DNA from: Verrucomicrobiota bacterium
GTDB taxonomy: Bacteria > Verrucomicrobiota > Verrucomicrobiia > Palsa-1439
Assembly: GCA_037127585.1 (NCBI GenBank)
Contig: JBAXYB010000002.1
Location: 3,701-67,700 of the forward strand
DNA: 64,000 nt
Direction: 5' to 3'
Positions 41,160 through 50,690 of this stretch are shown here, piece by piece (the stretch's first letter is position 1; the number at the start of each line of letters is the position of its first letter). A program made the position numbers and the translations under genes. The notes under the pieces were generated by a model, which saw only the letters and a list, made by a program, of their open reading frames with translations, had not been told where the DNA came from and searched no databases.

Positions 41160-42107
41160 ATGATCGAGTGCGCCAATCTGACGAAGAAGTTTGGCGATTT
41201 CACGGCGGTCGACAACGTGAGTTTTCGTGTCGAGAAACAATCTATCTTCGGCTTCCTCGGCCCGAACGGCTCCGGCAAGACGACGGTTATCCGGATGCTC
41301 TGCGGCATTCTCGAACCGACCAGCGGTGACGCGCGCATCGGCGGCGTGGATGTGGTGCGCGACACGGAACGCGTCAAGGGCAGCATTGGTTACATGTCGC
41401 AGAAGTTCTCGCTCTACGATGAGTTGACGGTGAATGAGAATCTTTTGTTCTACGCGCAACTCTACGGGCTGCGCGGGACGGTGGCGAAGCAACGCCGGGA
41501 TGAACTCGTCGCGCTCACACATCTCGAACCTTATCTCGACCGGCGCGCGGCGTTGTTGTCCGGCGGCTGGCGGCAACGATTGGCGATGGCGTGCGCGTTG
41601 GTGCACAAGCCGAGTGTGTTGTTTCTGGATGAGCCGACCGCCGGTATCGATCCGGTGGCGCGCCGGGAGTTGTGGGATTTGCTCTTCGAGCTTTCCAGTA
41701 ACGGCATGACGCTATTTGTGACGACGCACTATATGGACGAGGCGGAACGCTGTTCGCATGTCGGCTATATCTTCATGTCGAAGCTCATCATCTGCGGCGA
41801 GCCGGATGATCTGAAACAGTTGGCGGACGTCAATCCGCCCGGCACGCGTCGGCTCGACGTGACGTGCGATCATGTGACCGTCGGGTTGCAGGCGGTGCGG
41901 AAACTGGCCGGCGTGCAAGCGGCGACCGTGTTTGGGCAGTCGATGCATCTGCTGGTGGATGAATCGCTGCCGGAGGCGAGTTTGCGGGAGACGTTGGTGA
42001 AAGTGAATGTTCACGCGACGGACATCCGGCCGATTGCGCCGTCGTTGGAAGATGTGTTCGTGGCGTTGACGTCCAAGCATTCCAACAACAACGGAGGTGC
42101 CGCATGA
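41160..42107 (+). CDS. ABC transporter ATP-binding protein (ABC-2 type)
   Basis: ORF 41022..42107. Start at Met47 (MIECANLTKKFGDF). Walker A GPNGSGKTT, signature LSGGWRQRL, Walker B LFLDEPT. Confidence 0.85.
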   Translation: MIECANLTKKFGDFTAVDNVSFRVEKQSIFGFLGPNGSGKTTVIRMLCGILEPTSGDARIGGVDVVRDTERVKGSIGYMSQKFSLYDELTVNENLLFYAQLYGLRGTVAKQRRDELVALTHLEPYLDRRAALLSGGWRQRLAMACALVHKPSVLFLDEPTAGIDPVARRELWDLLFELSSNGMTLFVTTHYMDEAERCSHVGYIFMSKLIICGEPDDLKQLADVNPPGTRRLDVTCDHVTVGLQAVRKLAGVQAATVFGQSMHLLVDESLPEASLRETLVKVNVHATDIRPIAPSLEDVFVALTSKHSNNNGGAA

Positions 42108-43222
42108 ATCCGTTCCGTGGCTTTCGCGCGATTCTCTACAAAGAGTTCAAGGTCATCTTTCGCGACCGTGGGACGCTGTTCTTCATGTTCTTCCCGCCGC
42201 TGCTGCAGATCATCGCGTTTGGCTTCGTGCTCGACAACGACGTGAAACACATGGCGATGGCGGTGTTCAACGAAGACCGCACCGTCGAAAGCCGGCAACT
42301 CATCGATGCGTTCGTCAACACGCAGACGTTTCGCGTCGTAGCCGAAGTGAACAGTCAGGCGGAGTTGGAAGAAATGGTGCGGCGCGGTAAAGCCTACGTG
42401 GGCCTGCAGATCCCGCCCGACTTCACCCGCAAACTCCACGCCAATCAGAAAACCACGTTGCAAGTGCTCATCGATGGCTCGAACTCGACGACGGCATTGC
42501 AGGCGCTCAACACCGCTCTCGGTATTGCAATGCGTAAATCGATCGATGTGTTGTTGGGACAGACTGGCCGGCGTGAACTACCCATCGAGATGCGCCCACA
42601 GGTTCTTTACAACCCGGCCATGCGTGCCCCGAACTTCTTCGTGCCCGGCGTCATCGGTACGGCGTTGCAGATTGCGACCGTGTTCGCAGTGGCAATGGCC
42701 ATCGTGCGCGAACGGGAACGCGGCACGTTGGAGAATCTCATGGTCAGCCCCCTCAGCCGGTGGGGCTTGATGCTCGGCAAGCTCGTACCGTACGTCTGCG
42801 TGTCGATGACAATGGCACTGTTCCTCTTCACGATTCTCCGCTGGGTGTTTCTCGTCCCGATTCAGGGCAGCTTGGTGATGCTCTTTATGGCGGCGCTGCT
42901 GTACGTTTTCGCGCTCGCGTGTCTTGGGTTGCTCATATCGACGAAAGCAAAATCGCAGAACGAAGCGATGCAGATGAGCATGACGATCATGTTGCCGTCG
43001 ATTTTCTTCAGCGGCTTTATCTTCCCGCGTGAAACGATGCCGGCAATCTTCTATTGGCTCAGCACGCTCTTGCCGGCGACGTACTTCATTGAGTTGATGC
43101 GCGCGATCATTCTGCGCGGCGCGACTTTCTTCGAGTTCTGGCGGCACCTCTTGATTCTCGCGGTGATGGGCGTGGTCCTCTTCGCCCTGTGCGCCCTGCG
43201 TTTTAAGAAGAAGTTGGCGTAG
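42104..43222 (+). CDS. ABC-2 type transporter permease
   Basis: 372 aa polytopic membrane protein. 4-nt overlap with the ATPase gene. Confidence 0.8.
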   Translation: MNPFRGFRAILYKEFKVIFRDRGTLFFMFFPPLLQIIAFGFVLDNDVKHMAMAVFNEDRTVESRQLIDAFVNTQTFRVVAEVNSQAELEEMVRRGKAYVGLQIPPDFTRKLHANQKTTLQVLIDGSNSTTALQALNTALGIAMRKSIDVLLGQTGRRELPIEMRPQVLYNPAMRAPNFFVPGVIGTALQIATVFAVAMAIVRERERGTLENLMVSPLSRWGLMLGKLVPYVCVSMTMALFLFTILRWVFLVPIQGSLVMLFMAALLYVFALACLGLLISTKAKSQNEAMQMSMTIMLPSIFFSGFIFPRETMPAIFYWLSTLLPATYFIELMRAIILRGATFFEFWRHLLILAVMGVVLFALCALRFKKKLA

Positions 43223-44657
43223 TATGCTTCTCGATGTACGCCTTCACCGTGCGCCGGTCGAGGTTCGTACGCCGGGCGACTTCCTCGTACGTGGCGTGCC
43301 GCTCGTGCAAGAGTTTGCAGTACCCGGCCAGCAACGCATCCGCATCGAGCGAACCATCGACTATCCCTGCTTGTAATCGGCCGGTCAGGTTAGGCGCAAT
43401 GGCGCGGGGGTCGCCGGTGTATTGCCGGGTCAGCAGGATGCGCCGGACGGCTTGCTCCAATTCACGGACGTTGCCGGGCCACGCATATTTTGCCGGTAGG
43501 GCTTCGCGCAGTAATGCGATAATCTCCGGCGCCACCTGCCCGGTCAGTCGGCGCACGATCAGACGGAGGAGATCGTCGAGTTCAGCGGGCTCTTCCCGGA
43601 TGCGTTGCCGAAGCGGCGGGACGGTGATGACGTCGGAACACAGCCGGTAAAAGAAGTCGTCACGGAATTGACCGGCGCCGCGCAATTTCTCGATAGGTTT
43701 GTTCGTCGCGCCAATCACCCGGCCCCGAAACCGCAGTTTCTCGTGGCTGCCGACCGGCGCGAACGTCCGTTCCTGGAGCACGTGCAGCAGTTTGATTTGA
43801 ACTGGGACACTCACGTCGCCGATTTCGTCGAGGAAGATCGCGCCGTACGGGCTGCACCGGGCGAACACGCCGTCGTGGTCGGCAATCGCGCCGGTAAAAG
43901 CGCCCTTGCGATGGCCGAATAGCTCTGACTCAATCAGCGTTTCCGGGAATTGCGACAGGTTCAGCGCAAGGAATGTCTTGGTGAAACTCTCAGCAAAACA
44001 GCCGCGTTTCTCGTCGAAGGGGATGAACCCCGACCGGCCGATGGCCGCCGCGGCCGCGCCTTTGCCGGTGCCGGTCTCGCCGAGCAGTAGTGTCGAGAAA
44101 TCTTCCATCCGGTTCCAGAGATGCCGCTCGTAGAGGCGGATATCGTGGGTGAAGACGTTGTTCCAGAGATGCCGGCGGAGTTCCTTCATGCACTCGCTAT
44201 GGCCGACCAGGCCGTGGTGGATAAAGTAGAACGCGCGGCGGACTTGGAAGATGACGGCGAAATACCGGCGCGCTTCGTCCGCCGTGAAACCGCGGCGCGT
44301 AAACAACGTCAGCGCCTTCTTCGCGAACGGTACCGGGACCGAGCGATCGCCGGCCGCGATCTGGTCGGCAATGAGTTGGTCGAAGGCGCTGAGATACCGG
44401 TGGTAGATTTCGTAGAGACACGCCGACCGGAGAATCTCGCGGTCCGCGTCGTCGACCTGCTTGAAGTTGGTGAGACCGGCGGCGTGGAGTTTGTGGAGTT
44501 CTTCATTCCAACGCTCGACCGGTGACACATCCTTGCCGCCGATAATCTGAAGCTGCAACTGATCGAACTCATCGCTGAAGGGATTACAAGCCGCCGCCCG
44601 GGTGACGAGGATGAGGAACTCGCGTTGGGCAGCCGGGAGGAGTTTTACGCTAGCCAT
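43203..44657 (-). CDS. sigma-54-dependent transcriptional activator (AAA+ NtrC-family central domain, C-terminal HTH; N-terminal sensory domain unassigned)
   Basis: 484 aa. Walker A GETGTGKG, GAFTGA sigma-54 contact motif, Walker B IFLDEIGD. Confidence 0.8.
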   Translation of the reverse strand: MASVKLLPAAQREFLILVTRAAACNPFSDEFDQLQLQIIGGKDVSPVERWNEELHKLHAAGLTNFKQVDDADREILRSACLYEIYHRYLSAFDQLIADQIAAGDRSVPVPFAKKALTLFTRRGFTADEARRYFAVIFQVRRAFYFIHHGLVGHSECMKELRRHLWNNVFTHDIRLYERHLWNRMEDFSTLLLGETGTGKGAAAAAIGRSGFIPFDEKRGCFAESFTKTFLALNLSQFPETLIESELFGHRKGAFTGAIADHDGVFARCSPYGAIFLDEIGDVSVPVQIKLLHVLQERTFAPVGSHEKLRFRGRVIGATNKPIEKLRGAGQFRDDFFYRLCSDVITVPPLRQRIREEPAELDDLLRLIVRRLTGQVAPEIIALLREALPAKYAWPGNVRELEQAVRRILLTRQYTGDPRAIAPNLTGRLQAGIVDGSLDADALLAGYCKLLHERHATYEEVARRTNLDRRTVKAYIEKHTTPTSS

Positions 44658-44680
44658 ACATTATTTGTAGCATGGCTAGT
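44641..44680. promoter_or_regulatory. 8-bp inverted repeat CTAGCCAT-N14-ATGGCTAG in the divergent region between the sigma-54 activator and the membrane-protein/rSAM cluster
   Basis: Read directly from the sequence; it overlaps the activator start codon region. Confidence 0.3.
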
Positions 44681-44784
44681 CATTTACTGTCCATCACTGG
44701 GATCGCACCTGACCGGAACTCGTGCAAATTCACCATTTCCGACACTGGCACGGCGGCAGCGTAAGGGTTTGAGTGGAGAACATC

Positions 44785-45270
44785 ATGAAGAGGCAAAATC
44801 CAATCAACCCGTTTGACCTCCTTGCGTTGGTCCTTGCCGGTGCGATGATTGAATGCCGAAGCCGGCCAGCGTGGGCGGTATTGATCGCGGTGTCCGCGCT
44901 AGCGGTCGGGCTGGGCACGTTCAGCTTCGCGACGGCCATCACGCAATTTGGCGGATTGTCCGGTATCGCCTGCGCGGCCATTGGATACATAGCACTACTA
45001 TGTATCAGGCAATCCGGCGCTGGCCGGTACGTGATGCTGGGCGCGCTGCTCCTGCTGGCCGGCAAGATCCTCTGGGAATGCGCCACTCACCGCGCACTCT
45101 TTGTCGCCAGCGATAGCCGGTTAGTCGTCTTCCCACTCGCCCATGCCATTGGGCTGGCCAGTGCATTTGGGCTTTGGCTTGGGACCAGCACTTTTCAACA
45201 ACGTCGGCGCATCCATCAAACCGAAAGGCGCGATCGTTCCGTGGCAACGACCGTCACAGTTATCCCATGA
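44785..45270 (+). CDS. small polytopic membrane protein, rhomboid-like (GxSG and AHxxG motifs), rhombosortase-like candidate
   Basis: ORF 44773..45270. FGGLSGIACAAIGY and PLAHAIGLASAFGL resemble rhomboid TM4 Ser and TM6 His motifs. Short (~161 aa). Confidence 0.4.
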   Translation: MKRQNPINPFDLLALVLAGAMIECRSRPAWAVLIAVSALAVGLGTFSFATAITQFGGLSGIACAAIGYIALLCIRQSGAGRYVMLGALLLLAGKILWECATHRALFVASDSRLVVFPLAHAIGLASAFGLWLGTSTFQQRRRIHQTERRDRSVATTVTVIP

Positions 45271-45695
45271 ACGCGACCCCGGTAACACTGAACTGGTTTG
45301 TCGGCTGGTGGTTGATCCTGGCCGGCTTTGCCAGTGGTGCGGTGATTGGATTGTTCTTTCACCAGGAAAAATTTCTCGGCGGGTACGGCTCGTTTCGGCG
45401 GCGGCTGTTGCGGCTGGGCCACATCGCGTGCGCAGCGTTGGGGATGTTGAACTTGATAGTCGCCGTGGCGCCGGTGATGTCGCCGTTGCTGGCGGTTGGC
45501 GGGGTCTTGATGCCGACGGTTTGTTTTCTGACGGCGTGGAAGGCGCAATGCCGGCACTTGTTTGCGATACCGGTGCTGGCGTTGGTGGCAGGAGTGGTGG
45601 TGGTGATGTGGTGTAGTGGCGCTTCTGTGAAGCGCCCCGTCGTGGCGGGACAACTGCCCGCGCTTCACAGAAGCGCGGCTACAACCGGAGATTGA
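45267..45695 (+). CDS. small membrane protein (4 TM); C-terminal ~30 aa encoded by a palindromic repeat element
   Basis: ORF 45174..45695. Start at Met32. The C-terminus VVVVMWCSGASVKRPVVAGQLPALHRSAATTGD is the translation of the family-1 repeat. Confidence 0.4.
   Translation: MNATPVTLNWFVGWWLILAGFASGAVIGLFFHQEKFLGGYGSFRRRLLRLGHIACAALGMLNLIVAVAPVMSPLLAVGGVLMPTVCFLTAWKAQCRHLFAIPVLALVAGVVVVMWCSGASVKRPVVAGQLPALHRSAATTGD
45611..45686. repeat. palindromic element family 1: GTGTAGT-GGCGCTTCTGTGAAGCGCC ... CGCGCTTCACAGAAGCGC-GGCTACAACC (two hairpin units in opposite orientation, 22-nt spacer)
   Basis: The two 17-nt cores are perfect reverse complements and are each self-complementary (GCGCTTC-TGT-GAAGCGC). 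Confidence 0.7.
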
Positions 45696-45697
45696 CG

Positions 45698-47119
45698 ATG
45701 AAAATTGGTTTTTTGGCGATGAGCGGGATCCGGGCGCATGACCCGGAATTGTTGAAACTCGGATTGACGTTGCCGGGGTTTGTCGAGCGCAGCAAGGCGA
45801 TTGCGTCGCTGCCAAGTCTGGGGTTGCTCTATCTCGCGGCGGTGACGCCGGCCGGACACGAACTCGAATACTTCGAGGCCGAGGCGGACGGGAAGGAGTC
45901 GGTCGCGCTGTACGATTGCGATCTCGTGGCGATCAGCACGTTCTCGGCGCAGGTGTTCGAAGCGTACGCGATTGCGGATCGGCTCCGGCTGGCCGGCGTG
46001 AAGGTGGCGTTGGGCGGGTTGCATGTGACGGCGTTGCCGGCCGAGGCGTTCGCGCACGCGGACTATGTGGTGACCGGCGAAGGCGAGAACGTGTGGCCGG
46101 AAGTTGTGCGATCCGCGGAACGTGACGCGCCGCCGCGGACGTTCGCAGCGCAAATGTATCCGGCGGTCGATGTGACGCGCTTGCCGGTGCCGCGCTATGA
46201 TTTGTTGGGCGTCCGAACAGGAGAATCGATGTGGGAGCGGCGTCATTCCCCTCAGCCGGTTGCGGCGGGGACGCCGCTCCCACAACAACCGCCCGCTATC
46301 CGGTACAACCGGTTCACAGTGCAAACGACGCGCGGGTGTCCGTGGCGGTGCGAGTTCTGCGCGTCGAACGTCATGCTCGGCCAGCCGTACCGGAAGCGGC
46401 CGGTGTGGGACGTGGTCCGCGACATCGGCACGATCCAGCAAGTGCGCGAACGTCCATTCATCGAGTTTGCCGATGACAATACGTTCGTCGATAAAACGTG
46501 GGGCAAGCAGTTGTGCCGGGCGCTCGCGCCGCTGCACTTGAAATGGTTTACCGAGACCGACATCTCGGTGGCTGAGGATGGGGAGTTGCTCGAGCTGATG
46601 CACGCGGCGGGTTGCCGGCAGATTCTGATTGGGCTGGAGAGTCCGAACGCGTCGCCGTTGCATGGACTGGAGATGAAGGCGGATTTCAAGGCGCGGTGGT
46701 TTACCCGCTACGCCAACGCCATCGAACGCATCCAGTCGCACGGCATCACGGTGAATGGTTGTTTCATCCTCGGCCTCGATGGTCACGACACCGGTATCTT
46801 CGAGCAGGTGCTCGACTTTGCCCGGCAAGTGTCGCTCTACGACGTGCAGATCACGGTGCTGACGGCGTTTCCCGGTACGCCGCTGTATGCACGACTGCTC
46901 CGGGAAGGCCGCGTGATCGAGCCGGGCCGGTGGGATTTGTGCACGCTCTTTGACGTGAATTACCGGCCGGTCGGGATGAGTGCGGACGAACTGCGCGCCG
47001 GCATGCGGTGGTTGACGGAGCGACTTTACAACGACGAATGCACGCAAGCACGGAGGGCGGGATTTTTATCTTCCTTTCGGCGGGCGACGGGAACAGAATT
47101 ACAGACGAAAGCCGCATGA
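45698..47119 (+). CDS. B12-binding domain radical SAM protein (class B rSAM)
   Basis: ORF 45692..47119 (TTG). ATG at 45698 gives MKIGFLAMSG. N-terminal cobalamin-binding domain, CPWRCEFC (CxxxCxxC) cluster motif. Carries a ~19-aa in-frame insertion derived from a palindromic element. Confidence 0.85.
   Translation: MKIGFLAMSGIRAHDPELLKLGLTLPGFVERSKAIASLPSLGLLYLAAVTPAGHELEYFEAEADGKESVALYDCDLVAISTFSAQVFEAYAIADRLRLAGVKVALGGLHVTALPAEAFAHADYVVTGEGENVWPEVVRSAERDAPPRTFAAQMYPAVDVTRLPVPRYDLLGVRTGESMWERRHSPQPVAAGTPLPQQPPAIRYNRFTVQTTRGCPWRCEFCASNVMLGQPYRKRPVWDVVRDIGTIQQVRERPFIEFADDNTFVDKTWGKQLCRALAPLHLKWFTETDISVAEDGELLELMHAAGCRQILIGLESPNASPLHGLEMKADFKARWFTRYANAIERIQSHGITVNGCFILGLDGHDTGIFEQVLDFARQVSLYDVQITVLTAFPGTPLYARLLREGRVIEPGRWDLCTLFDVNYRPVGMSADELRAGMRWLTERLYNDECTQARRAGFLSSFRRATGTELQTKAA
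46230..46284. repeat. palindromic element family 2 copy 2 (TGTGGGAGCGGCGTC ... GACGCCGCTCCCACA), located in frame inside the rSAM CDS
   Basis: 15-nt perfectly complementary arms plus a 26-nt loop. Translated as MWERRHSPQPVAAGTPLPQQ between the rSAM YDLL and TTRGCPWRCEFC motifs. Confidence 0.7.
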
Positions 47120-48402
47120 AGCCTTCCAAACAAATCCAATGGTTGTACGAGGAACTTCCCAAACTCACCCAAGCCGGAGTGGTACCGGCGGAGGTGGCGG
47201 AGAAACTCCGGCAACATTACGGCGCCGCCGAGTGTGGCGGGCGCCGGTGGGCCATTGTGTTGTTCGGCATTTTGGGCGGGGCGCTCATCGGGGCCGGAAT
47301 CATTTTGTTGCTGGCGCATAACTGGGATGAGTTGTCGCGGCCGGTGCGGGCGGTGATTTCGTTTCTGCCATTGGTGATTGCGGTGGCGTTGGCGGCGTTC
47401 GTGATTTGGAAGCGGGCCGGGAGCACGGCGTGGAGCGAGAGCGTCGGGATATTTTGGGCGTTGGCAATCGGCGCGACGATTTCGCTGGTGGCGCAGACGT
47501 ATCATATCAGCGGGGATTTCCCGGCGTTCATCCTGACGTGGTCGCTGGCCGGGTTGCCGATTGTGTATCTGTTGAACTGTAGTTCGGCGGCGCTGTTGTT
47601 TTGGGTTGGCGCAACGGTGTGGGCGGGACACGCGTGCTGGAATCGCGACGAGGCGATGTGGTTCTGGCCGTTGGCGGCGTTGGCGGTACCGCATCTGTGG
47701 CTAGTGGCTCGAACAAACCGGTACCGGCCGAGGGTGGCGATGCTGATCTGGGGGCTGGCCGGGTGCGCGGCGTTTGGGATTGGGTTTGGCCTGACGCACC
47801 GGATCGAACACGCTTGGATCCCGGTCTTCACAAGTTATTTTGCGGTGTTGTACATGATCGGCAGCCGGTGGTTCGATGAGGGGCGCACTTTCTGGCAGCG
47901 GCCTCTCCAAACTATCGGGGCGTTGGGCGTCATCGCGCTCGGGGTGGCGCTGACGTTTGGGGATGCGTGGCGCGGCACGTTCCGGCAGGGGGACTGGCCG
48001 GGTCTTTTTCAGTCGCCCTTGGTGGTGTTGCCTGTGGCGGCGGTGGTGTTGTGGGTTTACACGTGGACCCGGCAGGATCCGGTGGCGTTGCTTTTCGGTG
48101 GGTTACCGGTGGTGGGGATGATTGGGACCGCACTGGCGGCCGGGCACGCTGGGGTGGTGGTGCTGGTGTTAATGAACGTGTACGTGTTGGGATTAGGCGT
48201 GGCGCTGATTACGTTGGGGGTGCGCGATCAGCGGTTGGGCGTGGTGAATCTGGGGATGCTGGTGACGTCGGTGCTCATCATCGCGCGGTTCTTCGACAGC
48301 GACATGGGGTTTGTGCTGCGCGGACTGGCGTTCATCGCGGTGGGGATCGGTTTCTTGGTGACGAATGTGATGCTGATTCGACGGAAGGGAGGCGCTCAAT
48401 GA
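47116..48402 (+). CDS. DUF2157-like polytopic membrane protein (soluble N-terminal domain plus ~10 TM)
   Basis: ORF 47008..48402. Start at the Met giving MKPSKQIQWLYEEL (47116), overlapping the rSAM stop by 4 nt. Confidence 0.5.
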   Translation: MKPSKQIQWLYEELPKLTQAGVVPAEVAEKLRQHYGAAECGGRRWAIVLFGILGGALIGAGIILLLAHNWDELSRPVRAVISFLPLVIAVALAAFVIWKRAGSTAWSESVGIFWALAIGATISLVAQTYHISGDFPAFILTWSLAGLPIVYLLNCSSAALLFWVGATVWAGHACWNRDEAMWFWPLAALAVPHLWLVARTNRYRPRVAMLIWGLAGCAAFGIGFGLTHRIEHAWIPVFTSYFAVLYMIGSRWFDEGRTFWQRPLQTIGALGVIALGVALTFGDAWRGTFRQGDWPGLFQSPLVVLPVAAVVLWVYTWTRQDPVALLFGGLPVVGMIGTALAAGHAGVVVLVLMNVYVLGLGVALITLGVRDQRLGVVNLGMLVTSVLIIARFFDSDMGFVLRGLAFIAVGIGFLVTNVMLIRRKGGAQ

Positions 48403-48968
48403 ACTGGCGCAAGAGTGTTTTGATTGTGGTGGCGGCCGGACAGTTGGCGATCCCGGCGTATCTGATTCACCGGCAGGAGACGACGTTGCGGGAGGGGCGG
48501 GCGTACAAGTTCAAGACGGCGCCGGTCGATCCGTACGACGCGTTTCGCGGCCGGTATGTGGCGTTGCGGTATGAACAAGACCACGCGCCATGGCCGGGGA
48601 CGAACCAAGTCCTGCGTCAGCAGCGAGCCTATGCGCGGGTTGAAGAGGGCGTGGACGGGTTCGCCTTGGTGCGTGAAGTCACGCCGCGGCCGCCGGTGAC
48701 AGGGGATTTCTTCAAGGTCCAGGCGAATTACGCGGGCTGGGGCACGAATGCCGGGACGGTCTACTTCACAATGCCGTTTGACCGGTATTATATGGAGGAG
48801 ACGAAAGCTCCGAAAGCCGAGCAAGTTTACAGGGCCAACAACCGGCGCGGTCAGACCAATCAGAACACGTATGCCGTCGTGCGCATCCGGCAGGGCCACG
48901 CGGCGCTGGAAAATCTCTTCGTTGCCGGCCAACCGATCACCGAGATGTTGCGCGAGAAGCAACCGTAG
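48392..48968 (+). CDS. membrane-anchored GDYXXLXY-family-like protein
   Basis: ATG at 48392 within ORF 47967..48968. N-terminal TM then a soluble domain containing a degenerate GDFFKVQANY motif. Overlaps the upstream gene's end. This family typically partners DUF2157 proteins. Confidence 0.45.
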
Positions 48969-49034
48969 TTTTTTTGGCATTTGACGGTGGGGGGTGGGGT
49001 CGGTATTCTCGGCCACTTTCTTAAGGAATTTCTT

Positions 49035-50690
49035 ATGTTTATTGCTCATGGCGAAAAAGTTCGGAAACACGCGCGGTGGATCATGTTTGGCGTGCTGGTG
49101 CTGTTGATCCCCGGGTTCGTGGCGTTATTCACGACCACGGGCAGCAAGTCGGACCGGCAGGCGGGCGATGTGCCGACCGTGCGCGGCAAGCCGGTGGTGG
49201 CGGCTGAGTTTGACCAGATGAAGGAATTGGTGCGCGCACAATACGTGGTGATGCGCGGCCGGGATCAGTCGCGGACGATGCAGATGCAGGATCAGATCAA
49301 GCAGGAAGCGGTCGTCCAGATGTTGATGCTGCAGAAAGCGAAGGAAATGGGCGTTGTGGTCAGCGAGCCGGAGTTGCAAGTCGCGCTCATGTCCCAGCCA
49401 GTCTTCCTCAACAGCGCCGGCCAGTTCGACCGGGAACGCCTCCGCCAGTTCATGATTCTGTTGAATAACAATGGCGTCAGCGAAGCGATGTTCGAAGAAG
49501 TGATGCGGCAACGGTTGTTGATTGAGAAATTGCAGGGGCTCATCACCGCCGCCGCCAAGGCCACGCCGGCCGCCGTCCAACAGGCGTACCTGCCATTGCA
49601 CGAAAAACTTTCGATCGATCTCGTGCAATTCGACATGGCCGACAACAAAGTTCCGATCACTGTTTCCAACGCCGAAGTCCGCGCGTTCTACGAGCAGAAC
49701 AAGGAATCGTTCCGCGTGCCGGCCAAAGTCAAAGTGCAGTATGCGGAGTTCACCGCGGCCGCCGCGAAGAAGACCGTTCAGTTGACCGAGGAGGAAATCG
49801 CGGAGTTCTACAACCGCAACAAATTCCGCTATGCCGGCACGAACAGCGTGCCGCAACCGCTCGATGCCGTGAAGGCGGAAGTGAATGCCGAACTGCTCAC
49901 CCTGCGCGCCGACCGCGCCGCCGCCGACCGGGCCACGGAGTTTGGCGTGAAACTGTCGCAGTCACCCAAACCGGAGTTCGCCAAAGTTTGCGCCGAGTTC
50001 GGCGTGACGCCGCTCACCACGGACTTCATCGCGGCCGTCGACAAAGTTCCCGGCGTGACGGACTTGCCGGATTTTGCGACAAAAGCGAATCGCCTCTCCG
50101 CCGACATGCCGGTCAGCGATCCGATTGGCGGGTCGAACACCTACTACATTCTCGAATTCGTGGCCGGCCAACCGAGCGCCGTCCCGCCATTCGAGCAAGT
50201 CGAAGCCGAAGTCACCAAGCAAGTCACGCAAATCCGCACGTACGGCGTGACCCTCGAACGCGCGGAGGCGACCATTGGCCAACTCAAGAAGTTGATCGCC
50301 GCCGGCAAGACCTTCGCGCAGGCCTGCGCCGAATTGAAACTCAAAATCGAAACGCCACCGGCGTTCACAGTCGCCGAAGAAAAACTAAAGTTGCCGGCGG
50401 CCGGCCAAATCCAACAGGCATCGCTTGAGATGCCGGTGAACGCGGTCAGCGAATTGATCGGCACCCCGACCGGTGGGCTGGTGTTCCACGTCCGCGAACG
50501 CCAACCGGCAGACTTGGCGGAGTTTGAGAAGGATCGCGAGCGCATCACCCGGCAAGTCTTGCAGCGCGACCGGCAAGCGTTGTTCAGCGATTGGATTCAG
50601 GCGCTCGTCCACGGTGAGCAAGTGGACTTCAAAATCCCGCGCCGCCAGCCGGAAGCCGAAGAAGTTACGGCTACCGAGTCGACGAACTAA
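49035..50690 (+). CDS. periplasmic chaperone PpiD-like protein (SurA N-terminal-like domain plus inactive/atypical parvulin region), N-terminal membrane anchor
   Basis: ORF 48981..50690. Start at Met19 gives an N-terminal TM (WIMFGVLVLLIPGFVALF). Overall PpiD-like architecture and length. Confidence 0.55.
   Translation: MFIAHGEKVRKHARWIMFGVLVLLIPGFVALFTTTGSKSDRQAGDVPTVRGKPVVAAEFDQMKELVRAQYVVMRGRDQSRTMQMQDQIKQEAVVQMLMLQKAKEMGVVVSEPELQVALMSQPVFLNSAGQFDRERLRQFMILLNNNGVSEAMFEEVMRQRLLIEKLQGLITAAAKATPAAVQQAYLPLHEKLSIDLVQFDMADNKVPITVSNAEVRAFYEQNKESFRVPAKVKVQYAEFTAAAAKKTVQLTEEEIAEFYNRNKFRYAGTNSVPQPLDAVKAEVNAELLTLRADRAAADRATEFGVKLSQSPKPEFAKVCAEFGVTPLTTDFIAAVDKVPGVTDLPDFATKANRLSADMPVSDPIGGSNTYYILEFVAGQPSAVPPFEQVEAEVTKQVTQIRTYGVTLERAEATIGQLKKLIAAGKTFAQACAELKLKIETPPAFTVAEEKLKLPAAGQIQQASLEMPVNAVSELIGTPTGGLVFHVRERQPADLAEFEKDRERITRQVLQRDRQALFSDWIQALVHGEQVDFKIPRRQPEAEEVTATESTN

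Noticed and set aside
45933-46283. Short Pro/Arg-rich ORFs inside the rSAM gene around the palindromic insertion
   Set aside because: Alternative-frame readings of the rSAM CDS; the palindrome generates spurious open frames on both strands.
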